Assembly (NCBI GenBank): GCA_963677345.2
Contig: CAXXLC010000023.1
Location: 21,991 to 85,990 of the forward strand
Reading direction: 5' to 3'
DNA length: 64,000 nucleotides
Source of the DNA: an uncultured Saccharicrinis sp.
GTDB lineage: Bacteria; Bacteroidota; Bacteroidia; Bacteroidales; Marinilabiliaceae
Shown here: piece after piece, positions 18,083 through 28,018 of the stretch
How positions within the stretch are numbered: the first letter of the stretch is position 1
How the letters are laid out: each line of letters opens with the position of its first letter
The notes under the pieces: generated by a model
Told to the model about the DNA's origin: nothing
Databases searched by the model: none
What the model saw: only the letters and a program-made list of their open reading frames with translations
Program-made: the position numbers and the translations under genes

Positions 18083-19456
18083 CTACTTATTATATAACTC
18101 TACGTAATATTTATAGAAATGCGGAATCGCTTCAATTCCAGTATAAAATTGCTCCAATGGAAAATTTTCATTTGGAGAATGAATGGCATCTGATTCCAAA
18201 CCAAATCCCATCAAAATTGATTTTACACCTAACACCTCCTCAAAAGTGGAAATAACAGGAATCGACCCTCCACTTCTTACAGGAACAGGTTTTCTATTAA
18301 ATACTTTTTCATATGCTTTTTCTGCAGCTTGATATGCGGGTAAATCTATCGGACAAACATATCCTTGTCCACCATGCAGAGATTTAACAGAAACCTTTAC
18401 TGATTTAGGAGCAATGGCTTCAAAGTGATTTTTAAATAGTTCTGCTATTTTTATATGATCCTGATTTGGCACTAATCTGGAAGAAATTTTTGCATACGCT
18501 TTAGAAGGCAATACTGTTTTTGCTCCTTCTCCGGTGTAACCACCCCATATACCACACACATCAAACGATGGTCTGATACCTGTACGCTCCTGAGTTGTAT
18601 AACCTTCTTCGCCATGAAGTTCCTCTACATCCAAAGCTCCTTTATAATGCTCTTCATCAAAGGGAGCCTGAGCCATCTTTTTACGCTCTTGCTCTGACAC
18701 TTCAATAACATCATCATAAAATCCAGGAATTGTAATCCTCCCCATATCATCTGTCATCTGAGACACCATTTTACACAGCACATTAATTGGGTTAGCAACA
18801 GCACCTCCGAACAATCCCGAATGTAAATCTTTATTTGGACCTGTAACTTCCACTTCCCAATAAGCCAGGCCTCTTAATCCCGTGGTGATTGAAGGGATCC
18901 CCGGAGCAATCATTGATGTATCTGAAACAATAATCACATCACTTTTAAGCATTTCTTTATGCTCTTTACAAAATTCCGGAAGATGAACAGACCCAATCTC
19001 CTCTTCTCCTTCAATTAAGAATTTCACATTACAAGGCAATTGATCTGTCTTAACCATAAACTCAAAAGCCTTTGCATGCATAAAACTCTGTCCTTTATCA
19101 TCATCTGAACCTCGACCATAAATTTTCCCGTCGTTAACAAAAGGTTCAAAAGGATCTGAATTCCATAACTCAATAGGATCAACTGGCATCACATCCATAT
19201 GCGCATACACCATTATTGTAGGTAAAGCTGGGTTAATAATTTTTTCAGCAAATACAATTGGATTACCTTTGGTTTCATAAATCTCAGCTTTATCAGCACC
19301 TGCATCCAGGATAATTTTCTTCCACTGCTCTGCAGCCCTATACATATCAGGCTTATGCGATTCTACACTACTTATTGATGGTATCCGCAATAAATCAAAG
19401 AGTTCTTTTAAAAACCGCTCTTTATTTTCTCTTATATATATATTTAATCCTTCCAT
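18083..19456 (-). CDS. M20 family metallodipeptidase
   Basis: 457 aa with YAHMDVMP, GRGSDDDKG and EGEEEIGS metal-ligand motifs. Confidence 0.85.
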   Translation of the reverse strand: MEGLNIYIRENKERFLKELFDLLRIPSISSVESHKPDMYRAAEQWKKIILDAGADKAEIYETKGNPIVFAEKIINPALPTIMVYAHMDVMPVDPIELWNSDPFEPFVNDGKIYGRGSDDDKGQSFMHAKAFEFMVKTDQLPCNVKFLIEGEEEIGSVHLPEFCKEHKEMLKSDVIIVSDTSMIAPGIPSITTGLRGLAYWEVEVTGPNKDLHSGLFGGAVANPINVLCKMVSQMTDDMGRITIPGFYDDVIEVSEQERKKMAQAPFDEEHYKGALDVEELHGEEGYTTQERTGIRPSFDVCGIWGGYTGEGAKTVLPSKAYAKISSRLVPNQDHIKIAELFKNHFEAIAPKSVKVSVKSLHGGQGYVCPIDLPAYQAAEKAYEKVFNRKPVPVRSGGSIPVISTFEEVLGVKSILMGFGLESDAIHSPNENFPLEQFYTGIEAIPHFYKYYVELYNK

Positions 19457-19712
19457 ATTTTAATATTTAAATAAAAACGTTACAAGGTACAAAAGGTTTT
19501 AAGCTTAATACATGAAATAAGTCACACACAATATTATATATGTGCAATGAACTAAATTTTCCTGTGATTGAATGAGTAATTATAAACAAATCAAAATAAA
19601 TACAGCAAGTAAAAACTCAGCCATCAAAACAAAAAAAAGGTCATAACTTATAAATTAAGTCACAACCTCATATTCTTTTAAACTGATAGTTATATATTAT
19701 ATCAACTTTCTG

Positions 19713-19887
19713 GCCTGATGTATTCATGAATTTTCGTCATGAGAGCATCAAAAGCAAAGAGAAAAAGTGAAGTGGAGATTTTCAGTTTGCAGGAATAGTG
19801 AACTATTTTGAAAACTTAAAATCGAGCATTTGCTTTTTATCAAGGGTTTTGAGGCTTACAGTAGAAGTATTTATGAATAATTCAGGC
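19713..19887. mobile_element. MITE-like element, long copy (~175 bp)
   Basis: The terminal inverted repeats are gcctgatgtattcatgaa... and ...ttatgaataattcaggc. Both ends are shared with a 65-bp copy at 36064-36128. The right end abuts the stop codon of the DUF3109 gene. Confidence 0.6.
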
Positions 19888-20468
19888 TAGATCAAGCCTC
19901 TTTCTTTTAATATCTTTTCTGATTCAACCATCTCATCATAAAAAGCCTCTCCATATTTTCTTATCAATGGTTCTTTCAAAAACTGATAAACCGACACTCC
20001 TTTTTCCTCTCCTAAGATACAGGCATCACTACAAATGGGCCAAACGTCATAATTCAATGCCTCTCCTTGTGTTAGTTTTTTTGTTCTGATAGGATATAAA
20101 TGACAAGAAATAGGTTTTCTAAAGTTTACAAGTCCTTGTTTCCATGCCATTTCAATAGCACAATGTACTCCACCTTTAGCATCAAAGTATGTATAAACAC
20201 ATTCTTTTCCATGAACAATTGGAGTTACCAATTCCTCTTCAAAATCAATTACCGAAGTACCTTCCTTTTCAATTACTTCAATTGATTCATCAGAAAGCAA
20301 ATGTTTTATTTTCGGATAGATTTCTTCTAATTCTTTAGCTTCTTCTTCTTCCAAGGGAGCTCCAGAATCGCCTTCCACACAACAAATCCCTTTACACTTT
20401 GCTATATTGCAAATAAATTTTTCCTGAAAAACTTCAAGACTAATTATCTTATCATCAATTTGAATCAT
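19887..20468 (-). CDS. DUF3109 family Cys-rich protein
   Basis: The motif CKGICCVEGDSGAPL is present. The start is chosen at the internal ATG (MIQIDDKII). Confidence 0.7.
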   Translation of the reverse strand: MIQIDDKIISLEVFQEKFICNIAKCKGICCVEGDSGAPLEEEEAKELEEIYPKIKHLLSDESIEVIEKEGTSVIDFEEELVTPIVHGKECVYTYFDAKGGVHCAIEMAWKQGLVNFRKPISCHLYPIRTKKLTQGEALNYDVWPICSDACILGEEKGVSVYQFLKEPLIRKYGEAFYDEMVESEKILKERGLI

Positions 20469-20557
20469 TCTGCAAATAAATTCATTCAATAATAAACAAA
20501 GCAGCAATCTAAAAAGATCACTGCTTTATTATATATATATATTAACTATACTTTTAA

Positions 20558-22087
20558 TTACTTGATATCAATAAGGCATTCACCTGTCATGTCTTCAGGT
20601 TGAGCAACACCCATTAATTTTAAAATAGAAGGAGCAACATCAGCTAAAACTCCATCTTTAACTTCACCCTGACGTTCAGTTACCCACACAAATGGAACCG
20701 GATTTAAAGAGTGAGCAGTATTAGGTGAACCATCTGCATTTACAGCATTATCCGCATTACCATGGTCAGCAATAATGATAGCTTCATATCCATTAGATTT
20801 TGCTGCTTCAATAACACCTTCGACACATTCATCAACTGCTTTTACCGCTTTTTCAATGGCTTCATAAACACCAGTATGCCCTACCATGTCACCATTTGCA
20901 AAATTAAGTGCAATAAAATCGTATTTCTTGTTATTTAATTCTGCAATAACCTTATCCTTAACTTCATACGCACTCATTTCAGGCTGCAAATCGTAAGTTG
21001 CAACTTTTGGTGAGTTAACCAAGATACGATCTTCTCCTTCAAAAACAGCCTCACGACCTCCCGAAAAGAAGAATGTTACGTGAGCATACTTTTCAGTTTC
21101 TGCAATTCTTAATTGCTTTAAACCAGCATTAGATACTACCTCACCAATAGTATTTTGAACATTATCCTTATCAAATAAAATGTGCATTCCTTTAAAAGTT
21201 GCATCATAAGGAGTCATTGTACAATAATGCAAAGGAATAGTTTTCATTCCTTCTTCCGGCATATCCTGTTGAGTTAACACAACAGTTAGCTCTTTTGCTC
21301 TATCGTTGCGGAAGTTAAAGAAAACAATTACATCACCTTCTTCGATTTTACCAACCGGATTACCATCAGCATCAACCTGAACAATAGGTTTAATAAATTC
21401 ATCTGTTACATTATTATCGTATGAAGTTTGAATAGCCGATAACAAATCTGTAGTTGAAACCTCTCCTATACCTGCAACCATGGCATCGTAAGCAATTTTA
21501 ATACGCTCCCAACGCTTATCTCTATCCATTGCATAGTAACGACCTGTTACAGTAGCAACCTTACCTACAGTTTTATCCATATGAGCTAATAACTCAGTCA
21601 TAAAACCTTTTCCACTCTTAGGGTCTGTATCACGTCCATCCATAAATGCATGAACAAACACATCACTTAAACCATAATCATTAGCTACACTTAACAAAGT
21701 ATGAATATGTTGTTGTGAACTATGAACTCCCCCCTGAGACATTAAACCCAATAAGTGAACTTTTTTATTTTTCTCTTTTGCGTAGTTATATGCTTTTTCT
21801 AATTCAGGATTTTTTGCAATAGATCCATCAGCACAAGCTCTGTTAATTTTTACCAAATCCTGGTAAACAACTCTACCAGCACCAATATTAAGATGACCAA
21901 CTTCAGAATTACCCATCTGACCATCAGGTAAACCAACATATTCACCAGAAGCATTTAGTTTTGAATTAGGATATTTTGCAATTAAACTATCCCAATATGG
22001 AGTTTCTACATTAGAAATTACATCTGATTTCGACTTGTCTCCAAATCCCCATCCATCCAAAATAACAAGAATTGTTTTCTTATCCAT
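20558..22087 (-). CDS. gpmI: 2,3-bisphosphoglycerate-independent phosphoglycerate mutase
   Basis: 509 aa with [19 protein letters not shown] and ADHGNA motifs. Confidence 0.95.
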   Translation of the reverse strand: MDKKTILVILDGWGFGDKSKSDVISNVETPYWDSLIAKYPNSKLNASGEYVGLPDGQMGNSEVGHLNIGAGRVVYQDLVKINRACADGSIAKNPELEKAYNYAKEKNKKVHLLGLMSQGGVHSSQQHIHTLLSVANDYGLSDVFVHAFMDGRDTDPKSGKGFMTELLAHMDKTVGKVATVTGRYYAMDRDKRWERIKIAYDAMVAGIGEVSTTDLLSAIQTSYDNNVTDEFIKPIVQVDADGNPVGKIEEGDVIVFFNFRNDRAKELTVVLTQQDMPEEGMKTIPLHYCTMTPYDATFKGMHILFDKDNVQNTIGEVVSNAGLKQLRIAETEKYAHVTFFFSGGREAVFEGEDRILVNSPKVATYDLQPEMSAYEVKDKVIAELNNKKYDFIALNFANGDMVGHTGVYEAIEKAVKAVDECVEGVIEAAKSNGYEAIIIADHGNADNAVNADGSPNTAHSLNPVPFVWVTERQGEVKDGVLADVAPSILKLMGVAQPEDMTGECLIDIK

Positions 22088-22240
22088 GGCTATTATATTA
22101 TTTTTAATTATATTTTGTGTCTAAATAAGTAGTGTAAATCGAGGCGCAAAAATACCTAATTATAAGCTAAAAACAAACAGATAAGACATTAACTTAATTT
22201 AAATTAACTTACAAAAGTTATCATTTTTGTATATTACCAT

Positions 22241-22248
22241 TACATTTG
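22241..22248 (+). promoter_or_regulatory. Bacteroidota -7 box (TAnnTTTG)
   Basis: TACATTTG lies about 80 nt upstream of the ATG at 22328. Confidence 0.35.
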
Positions 22249-22327
22249 TCGATGTTAATACACCCCGTTTTTTTATTACATAAACATATTTAATTGCTTT
22301 TGGTTTTGTAGATGTATGAAATAAGAT

Positions 22328-23824
22328 ATGACTAACGACAACAAAAAAACGAACTATCAGAATCTGGAGGAGGAACTAAAATCACTTCGCCAAAAATATA
22401 TTGCAATATCTGAAACTACTTTTGAGGGCGTATTTATTATTGAGGATGGATATTGTATTGAAGCTAACAGTAGAGGCTGCCAGATGCTCGGTTATTCTCA
22501 TACGGAATTGATGGGCTTTTATGCTCCAAACGTTACAAAACCTCAATATCGGGATTTTGCGATTAAAAGACTGGAAGATACAACAGGTGATCCTTACGAG
22601 GTTGAATTAGTTCGAAAAGACGGTTCTTCTTTTGATGCACAAATCATCAGCAAGAGTCATTTCTACAATCAAAAACACGTTAAAATACTTTCCGTTAGAG
22701 ATGTAAGCGATTTTAACAGAACAGTTAAACAACTAAAAGCCAGTAAAGCTAAATATAAGGCCATTTTTGAAAATGCCGGAGATGGAATTTTAATAGGAAA
22801 TCGAAAAGGTGAAATTATTGACGTTAACAATAGCTTTCTGAACATTTCAGGATACTCAAGAGAAGAGATTTTAAATAAACCTATTACAGTTATTTTTACA
22901 CCCGAGTCTCTAAAAGAAAAACCTATGCGATTCGACTTAGTTAATATAGGCCAGGTAGTTATTTTAGAGAGGGATATTATTGGTAAAAATGGAGAGGCTA
23001 TTCCTATTGAGATGAATTCTAAAAAGCCGGATGAAAATCATTATCTGACTATCATAAGAGATTTAAGAGAAAGAAAAAAAGCTGAAAACGAATTAAAAGA
23101 ACGTAATTTTGAATTACAAAGCGCCATTCAAAAAGCAGAAGAAAGCGATCGCCTTAAATCTTCTTTCCTTGCTAATATGAGCCACGAAATAAGAACCCCA
23201 ATGAATGGGATTATTGGATTTTCAGAACTATTAAAAAACCAAACTCTTAATCCCGCTCAAAGAGAAGAATATTTAAATTTAATTTTATCTAGTGGTCAAC
23301 AGCTATTAGATATCATTAATGATATACTTGAAATTTCTAAAATAGAAACAGGTCAAATTGAGGTTTCAAAAACTTCTTTTGATATTATGGAGCTGTTGCA
23401 TACAGTAAAAAGCTTCTTCGCACCCATGGCTGAGCAAAGCGGAAACTCAATCAATATCATCACCAACAAATGTAAAACACTAAGAATATCTAACGACAGA
23501 TCTAAAATTCAACAAATACTCACAAACCTCATTAACAATAGTCTTAAATTCACACATGAGGGTTCTATTGATATCTTAATAGAAGAGAAAAACAATCATC
23601 TTATTTTCGAAATTAAAGACAATGGAATAGGAATACCTCAAAATGACCTATCTAAAATATTTGACCGTTTTACTCAAGCATCAAATAACAATCCAAATAC
23701 AAACAAAGGTACAGGCCTGGGACTTTCTATTTGTAAAAAACTTGTGGAAATATTAGGCGGAGAAATATGGGCTGAGTCAAATATCGGCATTGGTTCTTCA
23801 TTTTTCTTCACAATACCATTATAA
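22328..23824 (+). CDS. PAS-domain sensor histidine kinase (cytoplasmic)
   Basis: 498 aa. It has two PAS-like segments, a HisKA H-box (SHEIRTPMNG) and HATPase_c motifs (DNGIGI, GTGLGLSI). No TM segment is evident. Confidence 0.85.
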   Translation: MTNDNKKTNYQNLEEELKSLRQKYIAISETTFEGVFIIEDGYCIEANSRGCQMLGYSHTELMGFYAPNVTKPQYRDFAIKRLEDTTGDPYEVELVRKDGSSFDAQIISKSHFYNQKHVKILSVRDVSDFNRTVKQLKASKAKYKAIFENAGDGILIGNRKGEIIDVNNSFLNISGYSREEILNKPITVIFTPESLKEKPMRFDLVNIGQVVILERDIIGKNGEAIPIEMNSKKPDENHYLTIIRDLRERKKAENELKERNFELQSAIQKAEESDRLKSSFLANMSHEIRTPMNGIIGFSELLKNQTLNPAQREEYLNLILSSGQQLLDIINDILEISKIETGQIEVSKTSFDIMELLHTVKSFFAPMAEQSGNSINIITNKCKTLRISNDRSKIQQILTNLINNSLKFTHEGSIDILIEEKNNHLIFEIKDNGIGIPQNDLSKIFDRFTQASNNNPNTNKGTGLGLSICKKLVEILGGEIWAESNIGIGSSFFFTIPL

Positions 23825-23849
23825 TATAAGTTTTCTTAAAACAAAAAAA

Positions 23850-23880
23850 GACCAAAAGAGTAAATCTTTTGATCTTTTTT
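23850..23880 (+). terminator. Rho-independent terminator
   Basis: The hairpin caaaaga-gtaaa-tcttttg is followed by a T-run. Confidence 0.55.
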
Positions 23881-23881
23881 G

Positions 23882-23954
23882 TGGTACCACCTGGGATCGA
23901 ACCAGGGACACATGGATTTTCAGTCCATTGCTCTACCTACTGAGCTATGGTACC
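23882..23954 (-). tRNA. tRNA-Phe (GAA)
   Basis: The reverse complement is GGTACCATAGCTCAGTAGGTAGAGCAATGGACTGAAAATCCATGTGTCCCTGGTTCGATCCCAGGTGGTACCA. It has a cloverleaf with a 7-bp acceptor stem, a GTTCGATCC T-loop and a CTGAAAA anticodon loop. Confidence 0.93.
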
Positions 23955-23992
23955 CCTTAATGAGGTTGTATTAAATACAATATTTTGAAATG

Positions 23993-24065
23993 TGGTACCA
24001 CCTGGGATCGAACCAGGGACACATGGATTTTCAGTCCATTGCTCTACCTACTGAGCTATGGTACC
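23993..24065 (-). tRNA. tRNA-Phe (GAA), identical second copy
   Basis: This 73-nt sequence is identical to 23882-23954. The spacer between the copies is 38 nt. Confidence 0.93.
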
Positions 24066-24131
24066 ATTTCTTTTCAAACTTTTTTATCATACCATCACTT
24101 TCAATGGTGACTCCTTTTCTTTAAGGCGGTG

Positions 24132-24139
24132 CAAATATA
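24132..24139 (-). promoter_or_regulatory. Bacteroidota -7 box (TAnnTTTG) upstream of the tRNA-Phe pair
   Basis: The minus strand reads TATATTTG about 67 nt upstream of the tRNA 5' end. Confidence 0.35.
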
Positions 24140-24223
24140 CACAAAGATTTTTTACTGCAAAATCATTTTTCAAAAAACTGTATTAATTTTTCGACATTAT
24201 GATTGAAATACGTTGTTCTTTAG

Positions 24224-24231
24224 TACTTTTG
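24224..24231 (+). promoter_or_regulatory. Bacteroidota -7 box (TAnnTTTG)
   Basis: TACTTTTG lies 19 nt upstream of ATG 24250. This argues that the annotated upstream start at 24199 is not used. Confidence 0.5.
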
Positions 24232-24249
24232 CACTCCAATATTTTTTTC

Positions 24250-25470
24250 ATGGAATTTGACATTTATACATTAAAAAACGGAATCAGAGTCATTCATAAG
24301 TATGAAAGCTCAGAAGTAGGTTATTGCGGTATTATAATAAATGCAGGTTCAAGAGATGAGCAAGAAGAAGAACATGGTATGGCTCATTTTATTGAACACG
24401 TAATATTTAAAGGCACAAAAAAAAGAAAGGCTTTTCATGTTTTAAGTAGATTAGAAGATGTAGGAGGAGAATTAAACGCCTATACTACAAAGGAAGAAAC
24501 ATGCATCTACGCTTCATTTTTAAAGGAAGATTATGAAAGATCAATGGAATTGATTGCAGATATTTCCTTTCATTCTATCTTTCCCGAAAAAGAACTCGAA
24601 AAAGAAAAAGAAGTAATTATTGATGAAATAAACTCATATAAAGACTCTCCTGCTGAATTAATATTTGATGATTTTGAAGAACAACTATACCCGGAGCATT
24701 CTATTGGAAGAAATATCTTAGGTGATGAAAATAAACTTAAATCCTTTACAAAAAAGGATATTCAAAAGTTTATGGACGAAAACTACCATACCGATCAAAT
24801 TGTATTCTGCTCTGTTGGAAGCCAAAATTTTAAAAAGATAATTAAACTTGCAGACAAATATTTTGGCGATATTCCTGAAAATCGAAGAACAAAAAAAAGA
24901 GAAGATATACCCGCATCAAATCCTACTATAATAAAAGTAGACAAAGACACTTATCAAAGTCACATTATTTTAGGATGTACAGCATACGATTACAATCACC
25001 CTAAACGACTGGGCTTACACCTGCTAAATAATCTTTTAGGTGGACCAGGAATGAACAGTCGCCTAAATATGTGCCTTCGCGAAAAAAAAGGCATCGCATA
25101 CAATATTGAATCATCTTATACACCATTCTATGGCACTGGAGTATTTTCTATCTACTTTGGTACAGACAGGAAAAATATTGACAAAAGTATTAAGATTATA
25201 TTTAATGAACTCAACAAGTTACGTAACAAAGAACTTGGGAGTATGCAACTTCATAAAGCAAAACGGCAGCTAAAAGGACAAATTGCTATTTCCTCAGAGA
25301 ACAAGGAAAGCTTAATGCTCAATATTGGCAAAAGCTATTTAATGTATAACAAAGTCGATTCCCTTATCGATGTTTATCATAAAATAGACAATCTTACAGC
25401 CTCAGATTTACTTGAAATTGCAAACGAAACATTTAATCCAGAACATTTATCACAACTAATTTACCTGTAA
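24250..25470 (+). CDS. M16 (pitrilysin/insulinase) family zinc peptidase
   Basis: It has the inverted zinc motif HFIEH (HxxEH) plus a downstream Glu. The start is chosen at MEFDIYTLKNG. Confidence 0.85.
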   Translation: MEFDIYTLKNGIRVIHKYESSEVGYCGIIINAGSRDEQEEEHGMAHFIEHVIFKGTKKRKAFHVLSRLEDVGGELNAYTTKEETCIYASFLKEDYERSMELIADISFHSIFPEKELEKEKEVIIDEINSYKDSPAELIFDDFEEQLYPEHSIGRNILGDENKLKSFTKKDIQKFMDENYHTDQIVFCSVGSQNFKKIIKLADKYFGDIPENRRTKKREDIPASNPTIIKVDKDTYQSHIILGCTAYDYNHPKRLGLHLLNNLLGGPGMNSRLNMCLREKKGIAYNIESSYTPFYGTGVFSIYFGTDRKNIDKSIKIIFNELNKLRNKELGSMQLHKAKRQLKGQIAISSENKESLMLNIGKSYLMYNKVDSLIDVYHKIDNLTASDLLEIANETFNPEHLSQLIYL

Positions 25471-25479
25471 TACAAAAAC

Positions 25480-26121
25480 ATGAATAGCACATCCATAGAA
25501 CTTGAAAAATACATATTAGACCACATAGACCCCGAAGATGAAATTTTATATGAGCTCAATAGAAAAACACATCTACATATTTTAAGGCCGCGAATGCTAT
25601 CTGGGCATTTACAAGGCCAAATATTAAAAATGCTGTGTAAAATGATTCAACCTAAAAGTATTTTAGAAATTGGAACATACACAGGCTATTCGAGCATTTG
25701 TATGGCTCAAAGCACATCTGATGACACATTTATTGATACTATTGAAATAGATGATGAAATAATTCCTTTTACACAATCCTTTTTTTATAAAGCCGGGGTT
25801 AGTGATAAAATAAAAATACACCTTGGTGATGCTGTTGATATAATTCCTACTTTAAATAAAAAATATGATCTGATATTTATGGACGGAGACAAAAGACAAT
25901 ATCCTCATTACTATAAACAGGTGTTCGACTTATTAAATCCGGGAGGATATATATTTGCAGACAATATATTGTGGGATGGTAAAATTATTGAACCGGTTCA
26001 TCCCAACGACAAATACACACAAGGAATTTTAGAGTTCAATAAAATGGTTAAGGAAGACCAAAGGGTAGAAAAAGTTATTTTCCCATTCAGAGATGGAATT
26101 TTCATCATAAGAAAAAAATAA
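25480..26121 (+). CDS. Class I SAM-dependent O-methyltransferase (family 3, CCoAOMT-like)
   Basis: 213 aa with ILEIGTYTGYS as the SAM-binding motif and the DGDK / ADN family motifs. Confidence 0.85.
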   Translation: MNSTSIELEKYILDHIDPEDEILYELNRKTHLHILRPRMLSGHLQGQILKMLCKMIQPKSILEIGTYTGYSSICMAQSTSDDTFIDTIEIDDEIIPFTQSFFYKAGVSDKIKIHLGDAVDIIPTLNKKYDLIFMDGDKRQYPHYYKQVFDLLNPGGYIFADNILWDGKIIEPVHPNDKYTQGILEFNKMVKEDQRVEKVIFPFRDGIFIIRKK

Positions 26122-26184
26122 AGTAACATCTTGAACTAAAAATATCATTCTACGTTCTTTATTGAAACAATTAACATAATTACA

Positions 26185-26679
26185 ATGAGTAAAATCGGTA
26201 TATTTTACGGATCGTCAGTAGGCAACACACGATGGGTTGCTGAAAAATTACAAGATCTTATCACAAATGCAGATCTTATTGCTGTTGAAAGTGCAAGCAA
26301 AGATGATATTGAAAAATATGATTTCCTGATTCTTGGAACATCAACCTGGGGTATTGGAGGCTTGCAAGATGACTTTGAAACCTTCGTTAATACACTAACA
26401 GAATGTAATTTAAAAAATAAAAAAGTGGCACTCTTTGGCTTAGGTGATCAATATACTTACCCCGACACTTTTTGCAATGGAATGGGCAAACTATATGACA
26501 TTATAAAAGACAAAGGATGTATTTTTACTGGACAGTGGCCTATAGATTCTTATGACTTTTCTGAATCATTAGCTGTTATAAATAATAAATTTGTTGGTTT
26601 GGCTTTAGACGAAGACAACGAACCTGACTTAACTGATTACAGATTAAACGAATGGGTTAAGATTCTTAAAGCAAATTAG
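26185..26679 (+). CDS. fldA: Flavodoxin (long-chain)
   Basis: 164 aa with IFYGSSVGNT as the FMN phosphate-binding loop and the motif GTSTWG. Confidence 0.88.
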   Translation: MSKIGIFYGSSVGNTRWVAEKLQDLITNADLIAVESASKDDIEKYDFLILGTSTWGIGGLQDDFETFVNTLTECNLKNKKVALFGLGDQYTYPDTFCNGMGKLYDIIKDKGCIFTGQWPIDSYDFSESLAVINNKFVGLALDEDNEPDLTDYRLNEWVKILKAN

Positions 26680-26936
26680 ATTCTTATTTTATCCATATCT
26701 TTTTTATCAAACAAAGTAGGATAATCATCAAGAAAATGATCCATAATTACTCTCATAAGAGTTTCACGCATAAACTTGGATTTATTTTTGATCTTATTTT
26801 TTTTACAGTAAGATTCAATGGCTTCTTTTTCTTTATCATTCAACAAAAATGCCGTTCGGTGACTTCTCTTCAAAGAGTTTTCTCGTGAAATTTTCTGAAG
26901 TTCTGAGGTGTTGTTTTTTTTATATTTCTTAGCCAT
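26676..26936 (-). CDS. Small basic hypothetical protein
   Basis: 86 aa and Lys-rich. A weak ribbon-helix-helix-like segment (LNDKEKEAIESYCKKNKIKNKSKFMRETL) is present. The function is not supported. Confidence 0.45.
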   Translation of the reverse strand: MAKKYKKNNTSELQKISRENSLKRSHRTAFLLNDKEKEAIESYCKKNKIKNKSKFMRETLMRVIMDHFLDDYPTLFDKKDMDKIRI

Positions 26937-27116
26937 TAATCATTTACAATAATAAATATGCCCAAAAGTAGTAAAAATAGCTTTAATACAATATGTCAAT
27001 CACTGCAAAAGGTTAATTTATTTAAACTTATACCTACTATAATCGTGAACTTACTGCCAACACATTACATTAACAAGCTTTAACTTTAATTGAAAAATTT
27101 TAGTTAGAAAAACACT

Positions 27117-27124
27117 TACATTTG
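27117..27124 (+). promoter_or_regulatory. Bacteroidota -7 box (TAnnTTTG) of a candidate sRNA
   Basis: TACATTTG lies about 60 nt upstream of an orphan terminator hairpin. Confidence 0.4.
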
Positions 27125-27130
27125 TAGTGT

Positions 27131-27209
27131 AGATTTTTTTTCATAGATTTAGATTTAACAAGACTGATTTTAAGGGTTAAGGATAGACAATTGTCTATCC
27201 TTTTTTTTT
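27131..27209 (+). ncRNA. Candidate small RNA (~80 nt)
   Basis: It is bounded by the -7 box at 27117-27124 and a strong terminator, aaggatagaca-attg-tctatcctt followed by T9 (27179-27209). No ORF is present and it lies 80 nt upstream of the next CDS. Confidence 0.3.
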
Positions 27210-27287
27210 GCTTACACTTCTTCAGATTTTACTTGTTCATCTGACAATTTCTTACTATATTTTGAGAAATAACCTAAATCAAGTTTT

Positions 27288-27986
27288 ATGGAAAATGTAT
27301 TCTTAAAATATATGCGAGAACGGGTAGGAAGACAAGATGATCCTATTTCCGTACAATCAGAGGGTCCTGTAATTACAATTTCGAGAGAATATGGATGTCC
27401 CGGTAAAAGAATTGCAAAATACCTTAGCGAAGTACTTACTGAAAAATTAAAAGCCCAAGGAAGTCAAAATGAATGGAGATGGATCAGCAAGGAAATCATT
27501 GATGAGTCAGCCAGGGAACTGAAATTATCACCTCAACTCATTAAAGATATTTCGGAATACAAAAACAGAAATTTCTTTGATCATTTGGCTCTGTTTTTTT
27601 CTGATACTTATTATCCCGGAGATGTAAAAGTAAATAACACGATTGCAAACTTTATTCACACTGCTGCAAGCGAAGGGAATGTTGTGATTGTAGGTAGAGC
27701 TGCAGAAGCCATTACCAAGAACTTTAAAAAATCTTTTCATGTTAAACTCATGGCACCATTGCAATGGAGAGCGGAAATCATAAGTAACACCTACGGAAAA
27801 ACCATTTCTGAAGCAAAAAAAGAGGCTCAGGAAATGGATAGACGAAGAGAACAATTCAGACACTATTTTGAAAAAGATGTTCCAGATGTTGAGTTTTATG
27901 ATGCTTGTTTCAATTGTAAAGAAATGACTGATGATGAAATTGTAGAACTCATGGTCATTATTGCCGAAACCAGGGGATTTATATAA
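27288..27986 (+). CDS. Cytidylate kinase-like family protein
   Basis: 232 aa with ITISREYGCPGKRIAKYLS as a degenerate P-loop, typical of the Cytidylate_kin2 family. Confidence 0.7.
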   Translation: MENVFLKYMRERVGRQDDPISVQSEGPVITISREYGCPGKRIAKYLSEVLTEKLKAQGSQNEWRWISKEIIDESARELKLSPQLIKDISEYKNRNFFDHLALFFSDTYYPGDVKVNNTIANFIHTAASEGNVVIVGRAAEAITKNFKKSFHVKLMAPLQWRAEIISNTYGKTISEAKKEAQEMDRRREQFRHYFEKDVPDVEFYDACFNCKEMTDDEIVELMVIIAETRGFI

Positions 27987-27989
27987 AAA

Positions 27990-28018
27990 AAAGGGAGCTA
28001 ACAACTCCCTTTTTTTTT
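27990..28018. terminator. Bidirectional terminator hairpin
   Basis: The order is an A-run, then agggag-ctaacaa-ctccct, then a T-run. It lies between convergent genes. Confidence 0.65.

Noticed and set aside
23882-24065. tRNA-Phe pair as the integration site of the accessory island
   Set aside because: The island begins more than 5 kb away (29.3 kb), with seven intact housekeeping-type genes in between. No tRNA 3'-end direct repeat was seen at the island borders.
27528-28004. 158-aa antisense ORF opposite the cytidylate-kinase-like gene
   Set aside because: It lies entirely within a well-supported plus-strand CDS. Its translation is Phe/Ile/Ser-rich, as is typical of antisense reading of AT-rich coding DNA.
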